A stretch of DNA of 64,000 bases from NCBI GenBank assembly GCA_964016885.1, contig OZ024740.1, positions 216,876,001 to 216,940,000 on the forward strand. The letters are read 5' to 3'. Below are positions 26,605 through 39,904 of this stretch, in pieces. The position numbers were made by a program, and so were the translations under genes. Under the pieces are notes generated by a model that did no database searches, was not told the DNA's origin, and was given only the letters and a program-made list of their open reading frames with translations. Every line of letters begins with the position of its first letter. Position 1 is the first letter of the stretch. This stretch comes from Eledone cirrhosa (taxonomy: Eukaryota).

Positions 26605-26646
<42 letters not shown>

Positions 26647-27158
26647 GATATAGATATATATATATAATTCTTTCTACTATTAGCACAAGGGAATTATAAA
26701 TAGAAGCCAGGACTATCCATCATCAGTGGTCTACTAGCAATCATAGGTATTTCTTCGCATTACAGACCGTATACCTCCGGCTAGCGCGATACAATAACTA
26801 AATTAAGTTATTGGGATAAAAAGAGTTGGGTGGAGAAAGAGAGACAGGTAAACAAACACGAATGGTGAGGCAACGTAAAGAGAGGAAAAAATGAGAAAAT
26901 CAAGTCAATAATTTATTTTGAACATAAGAACTTGCGAATATTGACGAGAAGGCAAAGACACATCTTGGCTGTGCGACTGTGAGCGAGGAAAGAATCTTGT
27001 ACGGTGTGGGACGATGGTGGGAGAGAGGGTGAGTGGCAAAGAGTGAGTGAGTGAAAGTGTGAGGAAGAGGCTAGCCGAGAGAGGGTGACTAGCAGAGGGG
27101 GTCAGTGAAAGTAAGAGGGAGGAGTGTGAAAGAGGATAGCAGTATGGGAAGAGAAACA

Positions 27159-27189
<31 letters not shown>

Positions 27190-27228
27190 ATATATGTATG
27201 TATATATATATATGTATATGTATGTATG

Positions 27229-27265
<37 letters not shown>

Positions 27266-27268
<3 letters not shown>

Positions 27269-27467
27269 GGAACGAGTAGGACCCTGACGGCTGAGCTCAA
27301 GCCGTTTCGACAGCTAATTCTGGACTAAATGTCCAGAATTAGCCATTGAAACGGCTTGAGCTCAGCCGTCGGGGTCCTACTCGTTCCTATTACCCACTCT
27401 ACTACCCTAAGTATTGAGTACTTTGGTGCGTTATGGTCCACCTGGTTCCCTACCACATTTCCTCCGT

Positions 27468-27470
<3 letters not shown>
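27266..27470. mobile_element. Palindromic element with HHR 3' halves (arms 27266-27325 / 27331-27390) and a tail
   Basis: GAAA CGGC uUGAGCUCA GCCG UC GGGG; no CUGA core seen; relatives at 19240, 37845, 45590 and 58800. Confidence 0.65.
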
Positions 27471-27565
<95 letters not shown>

Positions 27566-27613
27566 AGTAAAAACAATGAAATAAAAAATCAAGTCATTAG
27601 AGATATACTTCAC

Positions 27614-27749
27614 TGCTTTACGATCGTTTCTAGATGATGATAATACATTGTAGCTATACTCAGTTATTGATCTATGTAAGGTTAGTTACAAACTATCAAA
27701 TAAAGAGAATATTTACTTACATGCATATCACCAGCTGTTTTCAAAAGCA
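27614..27749 (-). ncRNA. Hammerhead ribozyme (U3-A8 variant, extended helix II)
   Basis: UGCUU UUGAAAA CAGCUGGUGAUA...UAUCAUCAUCUA GAAA CGAUCG UA AAGCA. Confidence 0.65.
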
Positions 27750-28480
27750 ATAATAATTTTATTCAATAATAATTTTATTCAGAATAATTTTATTCAATAA
27801 TAATTTTATTAAGAATTGTTTTTTTCATATGGTGTTAATACACTTTAGTTGAGGTCATGACCCTTTGAAAGGAATGGTTGAAGGGTGTTAATAGTAGAAT
27901 TGGCATAAAAATCTATTAGGAGGAAAGGGATTGTCAAACTGATAGTTGAATGTATCTGGTATAGTGAAGTTAAAAGGAATGTCAAAATAAATGGTGATTA
28001 GTGTTGTATTGAGTTTTAAGGTGAATATAAATTAAGGTTATGGCTAGGAAAGATAGTATATTAAAAGATGAAAATTATAATAAGATAATGAAATACAGTA
28101 ATGCGATAATATACAACTTAACCAACACAATATAGTATGGTGTAGTAAATTGCACTTAGTATAATATAGCATATGATACGCTCTAAAATACTATCAAGTA
28201 TGTTTATGCATAAATAATCAAACTCAGATAAATACTTGTTGGCATAGTTAAAACACATAAATTTCATAGATTACAAAGTACATATATCCACACTACATAT
28301 AGAGAGAGGTGCAGTTATATTGATAAACCTAAATACACATTTACACGTATGCATATAATCATATACATACATATCCATACATATCTATATCCACACATAG
28401 ACATCTATACCCACATATATACACATATATATATATAGACACACACACACTCATACATACATATATATATACACATACAT

Positions 28481-28521
<41 letters not shown>

Positions 28522-28913
28522 TACACATATATACATGTGTGAGTATATGTACACTCCTCATACATGTTCACATACTCATATATAAACACTCATACACCTA
28601 TACTCACATATACACACACACAAACACACATATATATATACACACATAAGTATATATACATACACACATACATATATACATATATATATATAAACACACA
28701 CATAAATATATTTCCATATCATACATAGATATATATTTACTCATACAATTACGGGTGGTTGTGTATCATGTTGCCTTTAGTCATTAACGCATAAATCTAA
28801 GGAAGCTAAAACATTAAAAGGCAAAAATAAGCATGAATGCATATAATTAAGGGAAAGGGGTACTAATAAATGTTACTCTATATGGAATTATAGTGAGTTG
28901 CTATTTAGAATAT

Positions 28914-29284
28914 TCAATGAGGTTTATAGTATTTAAATGTTCTTTGTATAAGGTGATTACAAACTATGATCAGTTCCTGTCTTTTATTTAATAAATCGTC
29001 CTTACATTTAGTAATTTCCAAGATCTCCCCTGAACATAATCTGCATTCCCTCCTGTTCCCAAGATATGGAGTTCTTTGTAGAATGGTGTTCCACGATAAC
29101 TTGAAATTTATTTTTTTATTTTTATAATTATTTACCGCTTCAGTTAAAGATGTGGTGTTAGCTAGTTTAGTATTGTTGAAACTACTAGAGTATGCATAAA
29201 ATCTTTTCTTTAATGTGTTTGATGTAGATCCTATATACGTTTTGTTGGAGTCTGTAGTAGATACAGTGCATTTATATATTACTA

Positions 29285-29285
<1 letters not shown>
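28914..29285 (-). CDS. GIY-YIG endonuclease domain of a Penelope-like element (5'-truncated, no ATG, 123 aa open)
   Basis: Manual translation: [123 protein letters not shown]; has VIY/YIG, R, E, LN, CxxC and CxH. Confidence 0.85.
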
Positions 29286-29330
<45 letters not shown>

Positions 29331-29343
29331 GTATATGTATATG

Positions 29344-29390
<47 letters not shown>

Positions 29391-29639
29391 GTATATATAT
29401 ATATGTATATATATATGTATATATATATATGTATATATATATGTATATATATATATGTATATATATATGTATATATATATGTATATGTATATATATATGT
29501 ATATATATATGTATATATATATGTATATATATATATGTATATATATATATATGTATATATATATATGTATATATATATATGTATATATATATATGTATAT
29601 ATATATATATGTATATATATATATGTATATATATATATG

Positions 29640-29670
<31 letters not shown>

Positions 29671-29685
29671 GTATATATGTATATG

Positions 29686-29716
<31 letters not shown>

Positions 29717-30101
29717 GTATATATGTATATATATATGTATATGTATATATGTATATATGTATATATATATATATGTATATGTATATATGTATATATGTAT
29801 ATATATATATGTATATATATATATGTATATATGTATATGTATATATATATGTAGATATATATGTAGATATATATGTAGATGTATATATATATATCTATGT
29901 ATATATATATGTATATATATATGTATATATATGTATATGTATATATATATATATGGATATATATATTTGTATATATATATATATATGTATATATATATGT
30001 ATATATATGTGTATATGTATATATATATGTATATGTATATATATATATGTATATGTATATATATATGTATATATATATGTATGTATATGTATATATATAT
30101 G

Positions 30102-30150
<49 letters not shown>

Positions 30151-30491
30151 GTATATGTATATATATATGTATATGTATATATATATGTATATGTATATGT
30201 ATATATGTATATGTATACATATAAGTATGTATATATGTATATGTATACATATAAGTATGTATATATGTATATGTATACATATAAGTATATATATATGTAT
30301 ATGTATATATATATGTATACATATATATATATATATACATATATATATATGTATACATATATATATATATGTATACATATATATATATATATATGTATAC
30401 ATATATATATATATATGTATACATATATATATATATATGTATACATATATATATATATGTATACATATATATATATATGTATATATATATA
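29286..30491. repeat. (TA)n/(TATG)n tract, representative of many (e.g. 24203-25746, 33765-34610, 43395-44570)
   Basis: Direct observation. Confidence 0.98.
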
Positions 30492-30826
30492 TCATCATTT
30501 CATTTTACGTCCGCTTTTTCCCTGCTTGCAAGGGTGGGACGGGAACTGATGCTGGCTTGATTTCTACAGCTGGATGCCCTTCCTAACACCAACCTCATTT
30601 ACAGTGAGTGCTGGGTGCTTTTTTGCCGTGGCACCTCCACGACCACTTTGCAGTGGAATGATAGGGACCCCAGCCCCTATCATCTCATTTCTACAGCTGA
30701 GTAAACTGGAGCAATGTGAAATAAAGTGTCTTGCTCAAGGAAACAACACATCACCCGGTCTGAGAATTGAACTCACAACCTTTCGATTGCAAGTCCAATG
30801 CTCTAACCACTAAGCCATGTGCCTCC
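30492..30826 (-). mobile_element. SINE family 2
   Basis: Full-length copy. Confidence 0.9.
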
Positions 30827-30861
30827 ATATATATGTATATATATATATATATATGTATATG

Positions 30862-30912
<51 letters not shown>

Positions 30913-31279
30913 GTATACATATATATATATATGTATACATATATATATATGTATACATATATATATATGTATACATATATATACATATGTATACATATAT
31001 ATATATATATATGTATACATATATATATATATGTATACATATATATATATATATATATGTATACATATATATATATATGTATACATATATATATATATGT
31101 ATACATATATATATATATAGATAAATATACACGGGTGTGTATGATTGTGTATAGAAGATTATATTAATAAAAGCAATTCCAACTTTGTCTGATTTACTCG
31201 TTTTATTTACAATCCTTTAAAATTTATAATGGTATTACAATGAAATAGTATGGTAGAATATTAAATGTTAAGTGTTAAT

Positions 31280-31318
31280 TGAACAAGTACTTTCATGCTT
31301 TCACAATCCTCAGGTTCA
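31280..31318 (-). ncRNA. Hammerhead ribozyme
   Basis: Inverted copy of 31392-31430. Confidence 0.7.
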
Positions 31319-31391
31319 TATTGTGTGGTGACAGTCAAGTTTGCAATTTTTAACTGTTGGAAATTGCAAACTTGACTGTCACCACACAATA

Positions 31392-31430
31392 TGAACCTGA
31401 GGATTGCGAAAGCATGAAAGTACTTGTTCA
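31392..31430 (+). ncRNA. Hammerhead ribozyme
   Basis: UGAAC CUGAGGA U UGC GAAA GCA U GAAA GUAC UU GUUCA. Confidence 0.75.
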
Positions 31431-31554
31431 ATTAACACTTAACATTTAATATTCTACCATACTATTTCATTGTAATACCATTATAAATTTTAAAGGATTG
31501 TAAATAAAACGAGTAAATCAGACAAAGTTGGAATTGCTTTTATTAATATATATG

Positions 31555-31635
<81 letters not shown>

Positions 31636-31644
31636 GTATATATG

Positions 31645-31693
<49 letters not shown>

Positions 31694-31760
31694 GTATATA
31701 TATATATGTATATATATATATGTATATATATGTATATATATATATATGTATATAAATATG

Positions 31761-31792
<32 letters not shown>

Positions 31793-32040
31793 AATATGTA
31801 TATATATATATATATATAAATATGTATATATATATATATGTATATATATATATGTATATATATATATATGTATATGTATATATGTATATATATGTATATG
31901 TATATATATATGTATATATATATATGTATATATATATATGTATATATGTATATATATATATGTATATATATATATGTATATATGTATATATATGTATATA
32001 TATATGTATATATGTGTATATGTATATATATATGTATATA

Positions 32041-32379
32041 TCATTTCATCATTTCATTTTACGTCCGCTTTTTCCCTGCTGGCAAGGGTGGGACGGGAAC
32101 TGATTCTGGCTTGATTTCTACAGCTGGATGTCCTTCCTAACACCAACCTCATTTACAGTGAGTGATGGGTGCTTTTTTGCCGTGGCACCTCCACGACCAC
32201 TTTGCAGTGGAATGATATGGACCCCAGTCCCTATCATCTCATTTCTACAGCTGAGTAAACTGGAGCAATGTTAAATAAAGTGTCTTGCTCAAGGAAACAA
32301 CACATCACCCGATCTGAGAATTGAACTCATAACCTTTCGATTGCAAAGCCAATGCTCTAACCACTAAGCCATGTGCCTC

Positions 32380-32380
<1 letters not shown>
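32041..32380 (-). mobile_element. SINE family 2
   Basis: Full-length copy. Confidence 0.9.
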
Positions 32381-32460
<80 letters not shown>

Positions 32461-32804
32461 CATGTATATATATATATGTATATACCTATATGTATATATA
32501 TATATGTATATATGTATATATATATGAATATATATATGTATATATGTATATATATATGTATATATGTATATATATATGTATATATGTATATATATATATA
32601 TGTATATATATATGTATATATATGTATATGTATATATATATATGTATATATATATATGTATATATATATGTGTATATGTATATATGTATATATATATGTA
32701 TATATATATATGTGTATATGTATATATATATATGTGTATATGTATATATGTATATATATATGTATATATATATGTGTATATATATATGTATATATATATG
32801 TATA

Positions 32805-32840
<36 letters not shown>

Positions 32841-32886
32841 CATATGTATATATATATGTATATATATATATATGTATATATATATG

Positions 32887-32917
<31 letters not shown>

Positions 32918-33061
32918 GTATATATATATATGTATATATATGTATATATATATATGTATATATATATAAGTATTGAAATTTCCATTGAAAACAGAAAAGG
33001 TCATAGAAGTGAAGAGTGCTCTATGTAAGTACTATGTATAAAAATCAATACAATATAATTA

Positions 33062-33131
33062 CCTCATTACCAGAGGTTTCCCGAATGAGGCGAATACGAA
33101 AGAAGCGTCTTCATTCGTTCGTCAGACGAGG
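33062..33131 (-). ncRNA. Hammerhead ribozyme
   Basis: CCUCGU CUGACGA A CGAAUGA...UCAUUCG G GAAA CC UCU GG UA AUGAGG. Confidence 0.8.
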
Positions 33132-33201
33132 CAATATATATATATATATATATGTATATATAATATAAGATCAAAAGATTGTTAAAAGAGTTCCATGTAT
33201 A

Positions 33202-33264
33202 TTATTATGCGCATTTCAAAAACAAATATCATAATGAGATGACATTTGCATTTTCGTCAGATAA
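33202..33264 (-). ncRNA. Hammerhead ribozyme
   Basis: UUAU CUGACGA AAAU GCAAAUGUCAU cucauu AUGAUAUUUGU UUUU GAAA UGCGCA UA AUAA. Confidence 0.75.
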
Positions 33265-33540
33265 AATAGGGAGACATGATATGATGGTTAAAAAACACTT
33301 GTGAATAGTGCAGTTTTAAATCAACATACCTCCTACATCATCATCATCATCATTTTACGTCCGCTTTTCCCTGCTTGCAAGGGTTATATATATATGTATA
33401 TATCTGTATATGTATATATATATGTATATATATATGTATATATGTATATATATGTATATATGTATGTATATATATATATGTATATATGTATATATATATA
33501 TGTATATATATATGTATATATATATATATGTGTATATATA

Positions 33541-33660
33541 GTGAAGGCGTGTGGCTGAGTGGTTAGAGAATTGGATTTGCAATCGTAAGGTTGTGAGTTC
33601 GATTCCTGGACCAGGCGATGCGTTATGTCTTTGAGCAAGACACTTTATTTCACGTTGCTC
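33541..33660 (+). mobile_element. SINE family 2-related 5' part
   Basis: ggcgtgtggctgagtggttag...gagttcgattcc...tttgagcaagacactttatttcacgttgctc. Confidence 0.8.
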
Positions 33661-33855
33661 CTTCTACCTGGTGTTGTGACCGATAGATAGTATTAGCAAT
33701 TGGAAAGACCAACGGAAACATTGTTCCCTTGGTCCGATTTGACGAATGTCGATCGTTAAAAACAATATATATCTATATATGTATATATATGTATATATAT
33801 ATATGTATATATATGTATATATATATATATATATGTATATATATGTATATATATG

Positions 33856-33886
<31 letters not shown>

Positions 33887-33975
33887 GTATATATATGTAT
33901 ATATATATATGTATATATATGTATATATATATATGTATATATATATATATGTATATATATGTATATATATGTATG

Positions 33976-34006
<31 letters not shown>

Positions 34007-34087
34007 GTATATATATGTATATATATATATATGTATATATATGTATATGTATATATATGTATATATATATGTATATATATATAAATG

Positions 34088-34125
<38 letters not shown>

Positions 34126-34151
34126 TGTATATATATGTATATATATATATG

Positions 34152-34183
<32 letters not shown>

Positions 34184-34225
34184 TGTATATATATGTATAT
34201 ATATATATATATATGTATATATATG

Positions 34226-34284
<59 letters not shown>

Positions 34285-34305
34285 ATATATATATATATAT
34301 GTATA

Positions 34306-34444
<139 letters not shown>

Positions 34445-34445
34445 G

Positions 34446-34498
<53 letters not shown>

Positions 34499-34499
34499 G

Positions 34500-34613
<114 letters not shown>

Positions 34614-34814
34614 ATACAATTTGGCAAAGTATAACAATATCGGTTTCAACACACGTTTTCAGATAAAAAATCTTGCTAAACAAATTTAGAAACCAAATAT
34701 ATATATATGTATATATGTATATATATCTATATATATATATGTATGTATATATATGTATATATCTATATATATATATGTATGTATATATATATATATATAT
34801 ATATTTATATACAA

Positions 34815-34990
34815 GAAGCTAGTACAACATAATCGAAGCTCTGGTTGTGGGCAAGCTAACGAATGCTGTCGGGAAGTACAGCCAAAGGCACTCAATAAAG
34901 TTTTTTTGTCTTAGAGTTATAACATTACGTTCAGACATCTATGCAAATTAAAGACAGCGACCAAAAAGCGAGCCGCTACGACCAGAACAA
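34815..34990. repeat. Unclassified dispersed repeat (inverted homologue at 55740-55903)
   Basis: Shared atcgaagctctggttg, tagagttataacatt and agacagcgacc. Confidence 0.7.
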
Positions 34991-35849
34991 CGAAAAAACC
35001 GACTCAGGGAAAAGTTTGACGGTTACCTGGAGCATCGTGGATATATTACGTAATATTATATAACATCTCCACTAGGTTTCTGTAAATCTGAAATCAACAA
35101 AATTCATTTGCAGGGGTTTGTAAGTTAATTGGGCTTTGGAAGATAGAACAGTGGAATTTACTTTGTCAATTTACTTTTCGTTTATCCTCCGCCGGTTGTA
35201 AAAACTAGTAGTAAACACTGCTAGTAGTCACGTGGATTCTGCGAAGGTAGGTAACCCCCGGTTTTGGCGGTCAAATTCAAAATTTGAACAAAGGAATTAA
35301 ATCCTTTATACAAACCAAATAAAAGCTCTCGACTAGATGTTATTAAACAAACATAAACAATTAACCAATCAATAGAATTGTCTAATTAAATTAATCAATA
35401 AGTTTCAAGAAACTAGATGATCCTTACAGAAACATCTAGTTTCTTGAAACTTTTGGTAATGAAATAATTATATTGTGTTGTTTATTATGTAATTAAATAG
35501 CTCTGTACAATACATAGAGCACTCTTCTTTCCTTTACCTTTTCCTCGGAAATACTTAACATATATATATATGGGGTTGTATATGGAAAATTTCTATACAT
35601 TGTAGCATGCCTCTGATATTCTGTAGACTAAGATCCCTGTTAAAAGGTTTCTGGTACAAAGGTTTTTTCTGATCATAGAATTAAATATTTAGTGCACTAC
35701 AAATTACACAGTACTAATTTATTTGGTATCGTGTTGTGCATCAAAACTGACTTTTTATGTAACCTGTAGTGGGTGGCTGATGAGACAATCATTGTTTTCT
35801 GTGCTGTTTCCATATGATTCTCTGCCTGATAAAATGTTGTTCTCATGCC

Positions 35850-35886
<37 letters not shown>

Positions 35887-35890
<4 letters not shown>

Positions 35891-36545
35891 ATAATAATAA
35901 ATTTGAAGACTAAAATCCAAAGAGGGCTCGATAAGGATAAATATATATCAAATATATAAGAACCGTAGAGCAAATACCTATGGCAAGTGTTTTCGCGTAT
36001 GCTTGTGTATGTACGTATTTGCATGCGTGTATGTATTTATTTGTTTCTATTACTTCTGTATTGTATTTTTTTACTTTATTCTTAACTCTGAGCGGAGATT
36101 CTTTCGGTTTCCTAGTTAAAATTTTTGTCTACGTCTTCAGCTATACCATTTACGTGGTTTTGTCTTTGCGTGCAATTGTTCTCCACGCTCCACATATGAT
36201 GTATTATCTTCGTTTTTTTCCGTTCATTGCCAAAGAACGTCTCTATGAACCACCTAAGAGAACATTAGTCTACAACTTCTTTTATACCATAAACGTAGTT
36301 CTGTCTTTGCGTGTAATTGTTTTTCACCGCTCCTATTAATGACGTATTATATTCGTTTTTTCCCGTTCTTTGCCAGGGAACGTTTCCACGAACCAAAGTA
36401 TCGTCTTCCTGTCTTCCTCCGGTTACAACGTTTTTTGAAATATCCACTTCTGTGTTTACAGATTGACTTCGTTAGTTTCAGAAGATCCCGTTAAGGGTGA
36501 AAGCAGCGATTCTTTGCTTAAACTTTAATCTGTTATTTTAATAAA
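35887..36545. mobile_element. Member of the 55371 family: tail on minus (35887-35976), body on plus (36478-36545)
   Basis: Both parts nearly identical to 55440-55592; the spacer holds a diverged ~140-bp tandem duplication. Confidence 0.65.
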
Positions 36546-36803
36546 TATATATATATATATACATATATCATCTCATCATCATTATTTTTTTTACGTGCAC
36601 TCTTCCATACTTGTAAGGATATATATATCCCAGTCTTCCAGCCTGTTCTCTCTCTCTCTCTCTCATCTCTTTATTTCTGTAGAAGGACTTACATCTGAGG
36701 CGGTGGACACTTTTCTACTTCCTCTTAAGTGTAATACTAATAAGACTTTGTGTTTTTGCATCTCTCTGTTTATGTTGACATTTTTAAAACTACAAACACA
36801 TAT

Positions 36804-36857
<54 letters not shown>

Positions 36858-36949
36858 TCTTGGGAACCAAGTAATGGGGGAGGGGTAGAATAAGCAGGGG
36901 TTTGGAAAATCAGTAATTTTTTAGGTTATCTCCATTTATTTTTTTAATA

Positions 36950-37088
36950 CACACACCCACATGTATATCATGACCCATACACTGTTCACTTTCCTGACAT
37001 TTGTACATTATTCTATATACTATGCATGCACCTATGAAGAGTTGTTGTGCACCTGAGCACTGTACACAATAATTTCATTATTATTATT
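36950..37088 (+). mobile_element. CR1-type LINE 3' UTR
   Basis: Matches 60990-61330 without the SINE; gtgcacctgagcac stem; (ATT)n tail. Confidence 0.75.
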
Positions 37089-37398
37089 TTTTTAAACACC
37101 AGAATTAATTGTTTAGTTTGCATATTGAGACCCCAATCCATCATACTTATTTTATAATATCTGGCATTTCTTAAAATGTACTTTTTGTTGTCATGTATAA
37201 TGTTTTTTAATGTCTAAAGAAAATTAATTTTCACAGAAATTCTATGAGTTGAATTAAAATTTAGCCGGATTGATTAATAAATTTCAATAAGCAGTTGGGG
37301 TGGGGATTATTCAGGACGCAAGAATATATATATATATATATATTAAAATTATTAAAATATAATTATTAATAAAATAGATGTTCTTTTGATCAATTACA

Positions 37399-37449
37399 TT
37401 TCATTATACATATTTCGGATGTACAATAGTACGTCCTCATCAGACAAAA
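37399..37449 (-). ncRNA. Hammerhead ribozyme
   Basis: Inverted copy of 37511-37561. Confidence 0.65.
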
Positions 37450-37510
37450 TATAATGATACAATTAAATCTTAACCATTTAACATCTCAGGGTATGTCATG
37501 CATCATTATA

Positions 37511-37561
37511 TTTTGTCTGATGAGGACGTACTGTTGTACATCCGAAATATGTATAGTAAAA
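37511..37561 (+). ncRNA. Hammerhead ribozyme
   Basis: UUUUGU CUGAUGA GGAcGUAC UGUU GUACaUCC GAAA UAUGUA UA GUAAAA. Confidence 0.7.
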
Positions 37562-38865
37562 TGTAATTGATCAAAAGAACATCTATTTTATTAATAATTA
37601 TATTTTAATATTAATAACTCCTGAAAATTATTTTACCGTTGAGTGCTTCCAATCTACTGTAAAACTCATTCTTTGACATAATCATTGAATATTGTTTAAC
37701 AACTTAATACTTATATATATATATATATACACACACATACACAAACAAACACATATACATCAGGATTTTACCAGTTTTAAAGTAGTAAGACCATTATTTA
37801 GCAGAGTACTTGGTATAGTAGAATATAACTATATTAGAGAGTTGGGGCCCGACGGCTGAGCTCTTACAGGTTTTGATAAGACTTTATTGAAATGAATTTT
37901 CATAGAATAATTTTGTAAATATACTATTTTGTGGAATATTTATTTTAATGTTAACACACATGTGATTTGTGTTTAATGGCCTACAAGAAAAAGACATTAC
38001 TACACAGTAAACAACTAAAGAATATTGTAATCAGGTATCATGCTGTTACTGATTGAATAATTTAGTAATTACTACCTGTAGCCCTTATGAAACTGGTACA
38101 GGTATAAATTTTTAAGTTCTATTGCTGTTCTTAAATATCTTTTTGGAATGGAATTTGATTTTTATCATCATCATTTAACATCTGTGCTTTCCTTGCTAGA
38201 AAGGGCTGGAGTGGTCTACTTAGCTGAAGTCAGCACTGAAACAGATCTACTGACCTCCCAGATAGTCCAGGGTGGGTGGGGAGTGAGAGAGTCTGTATTT
38301 CCCTTATGTATGGTCATATGTTCTATTGAGTGCACAGGAGAAGTCATGTCTTTTGACACAACTGAAGGGTCCTCTCAACCCCTTATTTGACAATCATATT
38401 GAAAAATTATTTTATAGGCATAATAGTGAGAAATTAGGTTATGGGGTGGTGTTGATTAGATTGAACCCAGTACTCCATGGAAGGATGAAACGTAAAGTTT
38501 ATCCTTTACAACATTCTTCTATGAAAATTAGTTTTGATAAAATGTTGTTCTCGGAAAAGTCATTTTTTTTAAAAAGAAATTGTTTGAAATAGAAAGCCAT
38601 ATGATAAAATATAGAAATAAGAGTAATTTTATAGAATGTTGTTTGATTGAAAGTCATTTAGATAAAAAGCAATTTCATAAAAAATTGTTTTGATAAAAAG
38701 TTGTTTCCTTAAAAAGTAATTTGATAAGCAGGTGTCCCCTTGTATCTACATTTTTTTCTTCTTTATTTCCTGTCCACTTTCTATGTTAGTATGGGCTGGA
38801 CCTGTCATCAACGTTTGAGTCAGTACCAGATCTCATATTATTAACAGTTACATCTAACTTGCTGA

Positions 38866-39047
38866 TGGATTGGCAGTGTCGGTAGAAGGCCCAACGCCAT
38901 GCTTTGACGCATAGAGTTACGGCCCTTGCCATTCTGTGTTCAAATCCCACCGAGGTTAACTTTGCCTTTCATCCTTATGGTCGATAAAATAAAGTACCAG
39001 TAATGCACTGAGTAATTTCTGGCCTTGTGCCAAAAGTAGAAACAATT
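38866..39047 (+). mobile_element. SINE family 1
   Basis: A box tggcagtgtcgg, B box gttcaaatcc, conserved core. Confidence 0.88.
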
Positions 39048-39059
39048 ATTTAATTCCAT

Positions 39060-39262
39060 GAGGAGAGCTTCCAAGACAAAAGACAATATTGTAGTTTAAG
39101 TACATCCTCTTTCCAATGGGAATTAGCTGAAACTTTTCCTTGTTTAGCTACATGTTTTATTTATTCCACTCCTTGAATCACAAGACCTAGATCAGCTTGA
39201 AGGCTTGATTCGTCTCTTACTTTGTTGATCACTCTCTGAAGCATAGGATCATCTGCAGAAAA
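39060..39262 (-). mobile_element. CR1/L2-group RT fragment
   Basis: FSADDPMLQRVINKVRDESSLQADL, homologous to 52945-53130. Confidence 0.65.
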
Positions 39263-39273
39263 GTGTGTGTGTG

Positions 39274-39561
39274 CAGAGCTGGATTTAGACCTTGGGAAGC
39301 CCAGGGCACATCAGGTTTGGGGGCCCCTCTTACACAAAACAAAACCTAATTTTACATATGAAAGTTAGCTTGGCACAAGTAATTGGAATTGAAAAGTTAT
39401 TTATACATACAGGTATTAAATTCAAAAATTCTAACCATCCTAAAACTAAAAAGCCCAGCTGAGGGCACAAATAAATTGCTGTCACTGGTCGGGGTTCCCC
39501 ACAGCAGCTCCCCCTCCTTCTGGGAACAATTGCTGTGTTTGCCCCATTAAAGCCAGCCTTG
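39274..39561. mobile_element. hAT-like MITE
   Basis: Imperfect TIRs cagagctggattta / taaagccagccttg; subterminal gggccc motifs; no TSD seen. Confidence 0.5.
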
Positions 39562-39839
39562 CACTTGTCTGTGGAATACCCTGTTTTTGCATGTTAATTT
39601 AAGGAGGAGACCACTCCCCCAAACAAATGGAGTACTCTCTTAGTCAAAACTAACTGATGTTCAAATATATACATACACACGTATATATATATATGTATAT
39701 ATGTGTGTATGTATATATTTATTTATGTGTGTGTGTATATACACACATATATATATATATACAGAGAGAGAAATATGAATTAGTATGTAGGAGGGGTAGG
39801 TATAGGGAGTGGGCCTATGTATATTTATGTATGTATATG

Positions 39840-39904
<65 letters not shown>

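Larger units (their letters stand above)
27565..29285 (-). mobile_element. 5'-truncated Penelope-like retroelement (GIY-YIG ORF, 3' UTR, HHR) in (TA)n
   Basis: Endonuclease frame and HHR on the same strand, ~1.2 kb apart, bounded by TA tracts. Confidence 0.75.
31120..31550. mobile_element. Palindromic HHR element centred at 31355 (~195-bp arms)
   Basis: 31160-31354 is the reverse complement of 31356-31550; short extra tail on the left. Confidence 0.85.
37350..37712. mobile_element. Palindromic HHR element (arms 37350-37458 / 37502-37610) and tail
   Basis: Inverted repeat with an HHR in each arm, TA-flanked. Confidence 0.8.

Noticed and set aside
26707-26729. CCA CUGAUGA UGGAUAGUCC UGG on the minus strand
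   Set aside because: GAAA, helix III and the cleavage site are absent; at best a deleted relic
35401-35451. 19-bp-stem hairpin with GAUGA/GAAAC
   Set aside because: The core-like letters arise from the hairpin symmetry; no helix II
35777-35805. CTGATGAGAC hammerhead start
   Set aside because: No GAAA or helix III follows
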